Below are positions 59,103 to 64,000 of a stretch of DNA of 64,000 nt, piece by piece (the first letter of the stretch is position 1; the number at the start of each line of letters is the position of its first letter). Below the pieces are notes generated by a model, which was not told the origin of the DNA, ran no database searches, and saw only the letters and a program-made list of their open reading frames with translations. The stretch is from an uncultured Pelagibacteraceae bacterium (lineage in GTDB: Bacteria; Pseudomonadota; Alphaproteobacteria; Pelagibacterales; Pelagibacteraceae), in NCBI GenBank assembly GCA_902532225.1, contig CACAHI010000002.1:569-64568 (forward strand), read 5' to 3'. The position numbers and the translations under genes were made by a program.

Positions 59103-60149
59103 TTATAAAGTTTTTGCTGCGTCAATATTATGTTTTTTTAAAGTTTTGTCAGTTCCATGTGCGTAATGTTTGGACATGTCAGGATAATATTTGTAAGAAA
59201 TAGGTTTTCGACCTAAGGCAACAGCCATTTCTCTAACATGGTGAGGTTCAGCACCGCAACATATTCCAATAAAGTTTATTTTTTTTTCTGCACATTCTTT
59301 TGCAAACTCTGCCATTTCAAATCGATTGCAATATAAATTATCTAGTGCAACAGGGAATGCATTTCCACCTGGAATACAATCACAACCTTCATCAGTTTGA
59401 TTTAAAAATCCTGGATCTTTTTCAGTAGTTCGATAAGGAACTGGAAGTGCTGCGACATGACAAGAAACAGCTTTTCTAATTTCTGGCAAAAGTTTCATTG
59501 TCATTTTTGGACCTCTAAAACAATTTAATCCAACAACATCGGCACCATTGTCTTCGAGAATTTTACATGCATCTCCTGGGGAGTGGCCATCTCTTGTTTT
59601 TCCATCTCGTCTAAATGCATAATTACAAACGGCTATTAGACCCGCATCCTTTATAGCTTTGAGAGCAATTTTCATTTCTTCTACCCAAGTAATTGTCTCT
59701 GCTACCATAAAATCAACACCTGCTTCTTTAGCCCAAGCTACCTGCTCTTCAAACATTTTTTGACACTCAATATTGCTTTTTTTATCGTTTGGATCGTAAA
59801 CATTTGTATTAGCAATATCTCCACACACCATCAAATCCAAATCTTTAAACTCTTCTTTGGAATCTTTTGCAATTTGCAATGCATTTTTTTGAAGTGGTTC
59901 AAGCAATTGTTCCTTTCCAATTATTCTTAACTTTTCTCGATGTCCATAATAAGTAAAAGCTTGAATCACATCTGAACCTGATCTTATAAATTCTCTATGT
60001 AATTGGGATAATACTTCAGGATGTTCTAAAACTACTTCAGGAACAAATGCTCCTGCTTGTAAGTATCCTCTTCTTTCCATAGCAAACAGATATCCTTCTG
60101 CACAAAGAACAGGTCCTTCATTTAACCTTGTTATTAAATCTTTTTTCAT
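59103..60149 (-). CDS. bhmT: Betaine-homocysteine S-methyltransferase
   Basis: EGYLFAMERRGY, LHREF, QAFTYY, GLNC and GICCG zinc motifs; AAGGAG Shine-Dalgarno sequence. Confidence 0.9.
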   Translation of the reverse strand: MKKDLITRLNEGPVLCAEGYLFAMERRGYLQAGAFVPEVVLEHPEVLSQLHREFIRSGSDVIQAFTYYGHREKLRIIGKEQLLEPLQKNALQIAKDSKEEFKDLDLMVCGDIANTNVYDPNDKKSNIECQKMFEEQVAWAKEAGVDFMVAETITWVEEMKIALKAIKDAGLIAVCNYAFRRDGKTRDGHSPGDACKILEDNGADVVGLNCFRGPKMTMKLLPEIRKAVSCHVAALPVPYRTTEKDPGFLNQTDEGCDCIPGGNAFPVALDNLYCNRFEMAEFAKECAEKKINFIGICCGAEPHHVREMAVALGRKPISYKYYPDMSKHYAHGTDKTLKKHNIDAAKTL

Positions 60150-60199
60150 AAATTCTCCTTTTTAATTTTTTTGATTTATTTTTTATTAAAGAAAAAAAT

Positions 60200-60322
60200 T
60201 TACTGACTCTGGAAAGAGTTTGAATGAATGTGATAATAAAACCTATTCAAATATATATGATCAAATCTTGAATATCCGACCACCAAATACTCTTTTATAA
60301 ATTTTTGTGCCCCTTTGGACAT
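60200..60322 (-). CDS. Putative 40-aa ORF in the bhmT leader (not in ORF track)
   Basis: MSKGAQKFIKEYLVVGYSRFDHIYLNRFYYHIHSNSFQSQ; no clear Shine-Dalgarno sequence. Confidence 0.35.
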   Translation of the reverse strand: MSKGAQKFIKEYLVVGYSRFDHIYLNRFYYHIHSNSFQSQ

Positions 60323-60463
60323 AATTCAAATTTATATCTTAATAAAAATGTTTGCAAAAACATTTTATCTACAACTAGAAGTTGAAGCGCATTTGCTTTT
60401 TTTTATTCTATGTGTTTTTATGAATTATTAAATTAATTAATTAATTAATGAGGAGATAAATAA

Positions 60464-61483
60464 ATGAAAATAAAAAAAATACTTATTTCTGCTCTAGTTT
60501 TGTTTGGTTTCACTTCTTTAAGTGGGATAGCAAATGCTGGATGTGGAAAATTAGTAATTGCTGAACAAAACTGGGCATCGGCTGAGTTAATGGCCAATGT
60601 TGACAAAATCATTTTAGAAAAAGGATATGGTTGTGAGGTAGAACTTATACCAGGAGCAACTATGCCAACTTTTACTTCAATGGATGAAAAAGGTGAGCCA
60701 GACATGAACCCTGAACAGTGGGCTAATGCTGTTTACACTCCTTTAAAAAAAGCAGTTTCAGAGAAAAGATTAATCATAGCAAACCAAGCTCCAATTACCG
60801 GTCTTGGTGAAGGTTGGTGGATAACTCCGGGAACTGTTAAAAAACATCCTAAAATAAAAGGAATGACTGCAATGGAAATTTTAGAACATCCAGAGTGGTT
60901 TCCATCAAAAGAAGATCCTTCTAAAGGAGCTTTTGTTGGTTGTCCTGCAGGATGGGGATGTCAATTAGCTAATGCAAACCTTTTCAGAGCTTTTGAAATG
61001 GAAAAAAAAGGTTGGGTATTAATCGATCCAGGTTCTGCAGCAGGTTTAGATGGTACAATATCTAAAGCAGCTGACTCTGGAAGTCCTTGGTTTGGTTACT
61101 ATTGGAACCCAACATCAATGGTTGGAAAATATAGTTTAATTTCGGTTGATTTTGGTGTGAAATTTCACAGCAGAGACAACTGGGATAACTGTATAACTTT
61201 AGCTGAACAAGATTGTGCTAATCCTAAACCAACTGCTTGGACAAAATCTGAAGTTAATTCTATCGTTACAGCAAACTTTGCTAAAACTGGTGGAAAAGAA
61301 GCTTTAAGTTATGTTGAAAAACGTACTTACCCAGGTGATGTAATGAATGGAATGCTTGTTTATATGGCAGATAATCAAGCTAAAGGTTCAGATGCAGCAA
61401 TTGAATTTTTAAAACAGCATGAAGGTGTTTGGGGTAAATGGGTATCTTCAGCAGCTGCTAAAAAAATCAAAGCTGGTCTTTAA
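60464..61483 (+). CDS. proX: Glycine betaine/proline-type ABC substrate-binding protein
   Basis: Signal peptide; NWASAE, GEGWW, CPAGWGC and WFGYYWNP motifs; GAGGAG Shine-Dalgarno sequence. Confidence 0.85.
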   Translation: MKIKKILISALVLFGFTSLSGIANAGCGKLVIAEQNWASAELMANVDKIILEKGYGCEVELIPGATMPTFTSMDEKGEPDMNPEQWANAVYTPLKKAVSEKRLIIANQAPITGLGEGWWITPGTVKKHPKIKGMTAMEILEHPEWFPSKEDPSKGAFVGCPAGWGCQLANANLFRAFEMEKKGWVLIDPGSAAGLDGTISKAADSGSPWFGYYWNPTSMVGKYSLISVDFGVKFHSRDNWDNCITLAEQDCANPKPTAWTKSEVNSIVTANFAKTGGKEALSYVEKRTYPGDVMNGMLVYMADNQAKGSDAAIEFLKQHEGVWGKWVSSAAAKKIKAGL

Positions 61484-61495
61484 AATATAATTTAT

Positions 61496-61536
61496 TTAAC
61501 GAGCCTATAATTAAATAGGCTCGTTAATTTTTTTTT
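61496..61536 (+). terminator. Intrinsic terminator after the SBP gene
   Basis: TTAACGAGCCTAT...ATAGGCTCGTTAA followed by a run of nine T. Confidence 0.85.
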
Positions 61537-61544
61537 GGAATTAT

Positions 61545-62429
61545 ATGGAATTTTTAACAAAATTTCCCGTGATGGAACGTACTTCCCTAATGGAATTAAG
61601 AAAAGGGATTGATCATACGTTTAGAGAATTTTCTAGAGCTTATGGTGATAGTATAGAGGCTTTTTTTGATCCATTATTATTTTTTTTAATAAGATTAGAA
61701 AAACTATTATTAGCTACACCTTGGCCAATAATACTATTGGTACTTGGTACATTAGCTTGGCTAGGTTCAAGAAGTTGGAAACTTGTAATTGGAAGTATGG
61801 TTGCTTTTATGTTGATTGGATACTTTGGTATGTGGAAAGATTGTATGGCAACAGTAGCAATTATAACTGTATGTACAATTATGTGTATAGCTGTTGGAAT
61901 ACCTTTGGGAGTATTAATGGCAAGATCTAACAGGTTTGAAAGAGCAATGCTTCCTGTCCTAGACATGATGCAAACTATTCCTAGTTTTGTCTATTTAATT
62001 CCAATTTTAATGTTACTTGGTATAGGAAAAATTCCTGGTTTAATTGCTGTTTGCATATATGCAATCCCACCTGTTATCAGGTTAACAAATTTAGGAATAA
62101 GAGAAGTTGATAAAGAAACAATAGAAGCTAGTGAAGCTTTTGGTGCAACTAAAATACAAAAACTAAGAACTGTACAAATACCTTTGGCTCTACCAACTGT
62201 TTTTGCCGGTGTTAACCAAACAATTATGATGGCTTTAGCTATGGTTGTCATAGCATCTATGATTGGTGTTAAAGGTTTAGGTGTTCCTATTTTAAGAGCT
62301 ATATCAAACCAGTATTTAGCCCTAGGGTTATTCAATGGTTTAGCTATTGTAGCTTTGGCTATAATCTTTGATAGAATCACTCAAGAGTACGGTCGAAGAA
62401 TACAAAAGCACAGAGGAATTAGGAAATAG
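61545..62429 (+). CDS. proW: Glycine betaine/proline ABC permease
   Basis: LDMMQTIPSFVYLIP, RLTNLGIR, EASEAFG and GVNQTIMMALAMVVIASMIG motifs. Confidence 0.92.
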   Translation: MEFLTKFPVMERTSLMELRKGIDHTFREFSRAYGDSIEAFFDPLLFFLIRLEKLLLATPWPIILLVLGTLAWLGSRSWKLVIGSMVAFMLIGYFGMWKDCMATVAIITVCTIMCIAVGIPLGVLMARSNRFERAMLPVLDMMQTIPSFVYLIPILMLLGIGKIPGLIAVCIYAIPPVIRLTNLGIREVDKETIEASEAFGATKIQKLRTVQIPLALPTVFAGVNQTIMMALAMVVIASMIGVKGLGVPILRAISNQYLALGLFNGLAIVALAIIFDRITQEYGRRIQKHRGIRK

Positions 62430-62494
62430 TATTCTTTGGCGCATAAGGTTAGATTTTTATAGACAGTTATTTCAAAATACATAAATATCCTCTA

Positions 62495-63223
62495 ATGAAT
62501 TTTTCTTTGGAAATTAGTCCGAAAACTGACTTAGATACTTTACCAGCATTAAAAGATGTATACATAACGATGCTTCCTGGTGGCGACTTTAAAGACACTG
62601 CTGATCAAGCTATTAAGCTTGTTGAAAAAGGCTTTAATCCAATACCTCATTTTCCAGCTAGATCTATTGAGAGTGAGACTCAACTTAAAGAATATGTATC
62701 TAGATGTAAAGATGGGGGTGTGAAGCAAGCTCTTGTTATCGGAGGAAGTAGAGATCCAATTGGGAAATTTGATAGCTCAATTCAACTTTTAGAGACAGGT
62801 TATTTTGAGCAAATGAAGATAGGAATTGCTGGACATCCAGAGGGGAGTCCTGATATATCCGATTCAAATTTAGAAAAAGCTATGAATGATAAAAAACCTT
62901 ATGCTGACTATATAGTAACTCAATGGTTATTGAATCCTCAGCTAATCATAGATTTTATTTCTAAACAATCAGTTCCAGTTCATGTTGGAATTACTGGGCC
63001 ACTAAAAATAACTAGCTTAATTAAATTTGCTAATATAGTTGGGGCAAAAAATTCCTTAAATTTTCTTAAATCTAATTTTACTAAAGCTTTAGATTTAATG
63101 AAACCTAGAGACCCAAATGATTTAATAGGGAAAGTTAAATCGCATACTGATTTCTTCCACATTTATACATTCGGCGGCTTGAAGGAAACTAACAAGTGGT
63201 TGATGGAGAACAAATATGTCTAA
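62495..63223 (+). CDS. metF: Methylenetetrahydrofolate reductase (short form)
   Basis: PHFPAR, IGIAGHPEG, IVTQW and HIYTFGG motifs. Confidence 0.85.
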   Translation: MNFSLEISPKTDLDTLPALKDVYITMLPGGDFKDTADQAIKLVEKGFNPIPHFPARSIESETQLKEYVSRCKDGGVKQALVIGGSRDPIGKFDSSIQLLETGYFEQMKIGIAGHPEGSPDISDSNLEKAMNDKKPYADYIVTQWLLNPQLIIDFISKQSVPVHVGITGPLKITSLIKFANIVGAKNSLNFLKSNFTKALDLMKPRDPNDLIGKVKSHTDFFHIYTFGGLKETNKWLMENKYV

Positions 63224-64000
63224 TGAATTTGACTATACAAAACTAAAACATGTAACTTCAGTAGATCAATCTGATCGGGAAGTTCCATATAACTTAAGAC
63301 AAAGTGGACCTACTAAAGTTGAAATGTTAATTTCAACAAGAGTAAGAAAATCACCTTACTGGCACTTATCTATGAAGGCTGGTTGTTGGAGAGCAACAGT
63401 TTACAACAGAATTTACCATCCAAGAGGTTATGTTAAACCAGAAGATGGTGGAGCAATGGTAGAATATGATGCAATAGTAAATCATGTTACTATGTGGAAC
63501 GTGGCTGTTGAAAGACAAATAAGAGTTAAAGGTCCAGATGCAGAAAAATTTACTGATTATGTAATAACAAGAGACGCAACTAAAATTTCTCCAATGAGAG
63601 CAAGATATGTAATTTTATGTAATGCTTATGGTGGAGTTTTAAATGATCCAATTCTTCTTAGAATTTCAAAAGATGAATTTTGGTTTTCTTTATCGGACTC
63701 TGATATTGGTATGTACCTTCAAGGTGTCAATGCAGATGGAAGATTTAATTGTACTGTTGAAGAAATTGATGCTTGTCCAGTACAAATCCAAGGTCCGAAA
63801 TCAAAAGCACTAATGAAAGATTTGCTTGGTGATCAAGTTGATTTAGATAATATGCCTTTCTATGGTTTGGCAGAAGTTGAAGTTGCTGGAAGAAGTTGTG
63901 TTATTTCTCAATCTGGTTTTTCAGGAGAAGCTGGATATGAAATATATTTAAGAAATGCAACTTTGTATGCTGACGACATGTGGAATGCTGTTTTAGAGGC
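63216..64000 (+). CDS. GcvT/DmdA-family THF-dependent aminomethyltransferase (runs off the window end; not in ORF track)
   Basis: Manual translation MSNEFDYTK...RVRKSPYW...WNVAVERQIRVKGPDA...LNDPILLR...QIQGPKS...SGFSGEAGYEIY; overlaps the metF stop. Confidence 0.9.
   Translation, partial: MSNEFDYTKLKHVTSVDQSDREVPYNLRQSGPTKVEMLISTRVRKSPYWHLSMKAGCWRATVYNRIYHPRGYVKPEDGGAMVEYDAIVNHVTMWNVAVERQIRVKGPDAEKFTDYVITRDATKISPMRARYVILCNAYGGVLNDPILLRISKDEFWFSLSDSDIGMYLQGVNADGRFNCTVEEIDACPVQIQGPKSKALMKDLLGDQVDLDNMPFYGLAEVEVAGRSCVISQSGFSGEAGYEIYLRNATLYADDMWNAVLE

Noticed and set aside
60204-60220. Glycine riboswitch (CTCTGGAAAGAG resembles the aptamer 5' end)
   Set aside because: The remaining GAAGG and CTCAGG elements are absent, and it lies antisense to bhmT inside the putative uORF
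1213-63162. Many 60-150 aa ORFs in the track lying antisense to or within real genes (e.g. 1213-1635, 8437-8877, 11086-11400, 28091-28546, 39454-39753, 54115-54528, 61991-62380)
   Set aside because: They are shadow frames of well-supported genes and show no motifs I recognise
1-64000. CRISPR array, prophage, IS element, rRNA or tRNA
   Set aside because: No spaced direct repeats, integrase, transposase, phage structural genes or cloverleaf/rRNA signatures were seen by eye

Overview
AT-rich, densely packed bacterial chromosome segment. Gene content (aprMBA, thiV with a TPP riboswitch, SpeD-SpeE fusion, amtB with no neighbouring PII gene, BHMT, GcvT-like enzymes) points to a Pelagibacterales (SAR11) genome; this taxonomy is an inference. 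Most genes are on the minus strand. Blocks from left to right: (1) basic amino-acid ABC transporter, speD-speE fusion, class II aldolase, two AT-rich methyltransferase-like genes, an FAD oxidoreductase and an sxtJ/sxtK/sxtI-like carbamoyltransferase cassette; (2) sulfonate and sulfite module (xsc, suyAB, TauE, aprMBA); (3) pabBAC, MFS transporter, metC; (4) an unidentified GC-rich structured RNA beside tandem DnaA boxes, then mnmA, cysQ, recX, amtB, HU, rseP, thiV; (5) Fe(III) ABC transporter with Fur boxes; (6) LysR, acuI, folE, hisI, ETF/ETF-QO and a long betaine/C1 oxidation region (two DMGDH-like enzymes, carnitine dehydrogenase, 2OG-Fe(II) oxygenase, DddP-like M24 enzyme, Rieske oxygenase, BHMT, ProXW, MetF, GcvT-like), which also holds a CysC-like kinase and HxGH nucleotidyltransferase pair separated by an autotransporter. 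Several small ORFs missing from the supplied track were read by hand. No rRNA, tRNA, CRISPR array, transposase or integrase was seen. All functional calls come from motif recognition by eye, without database searches.
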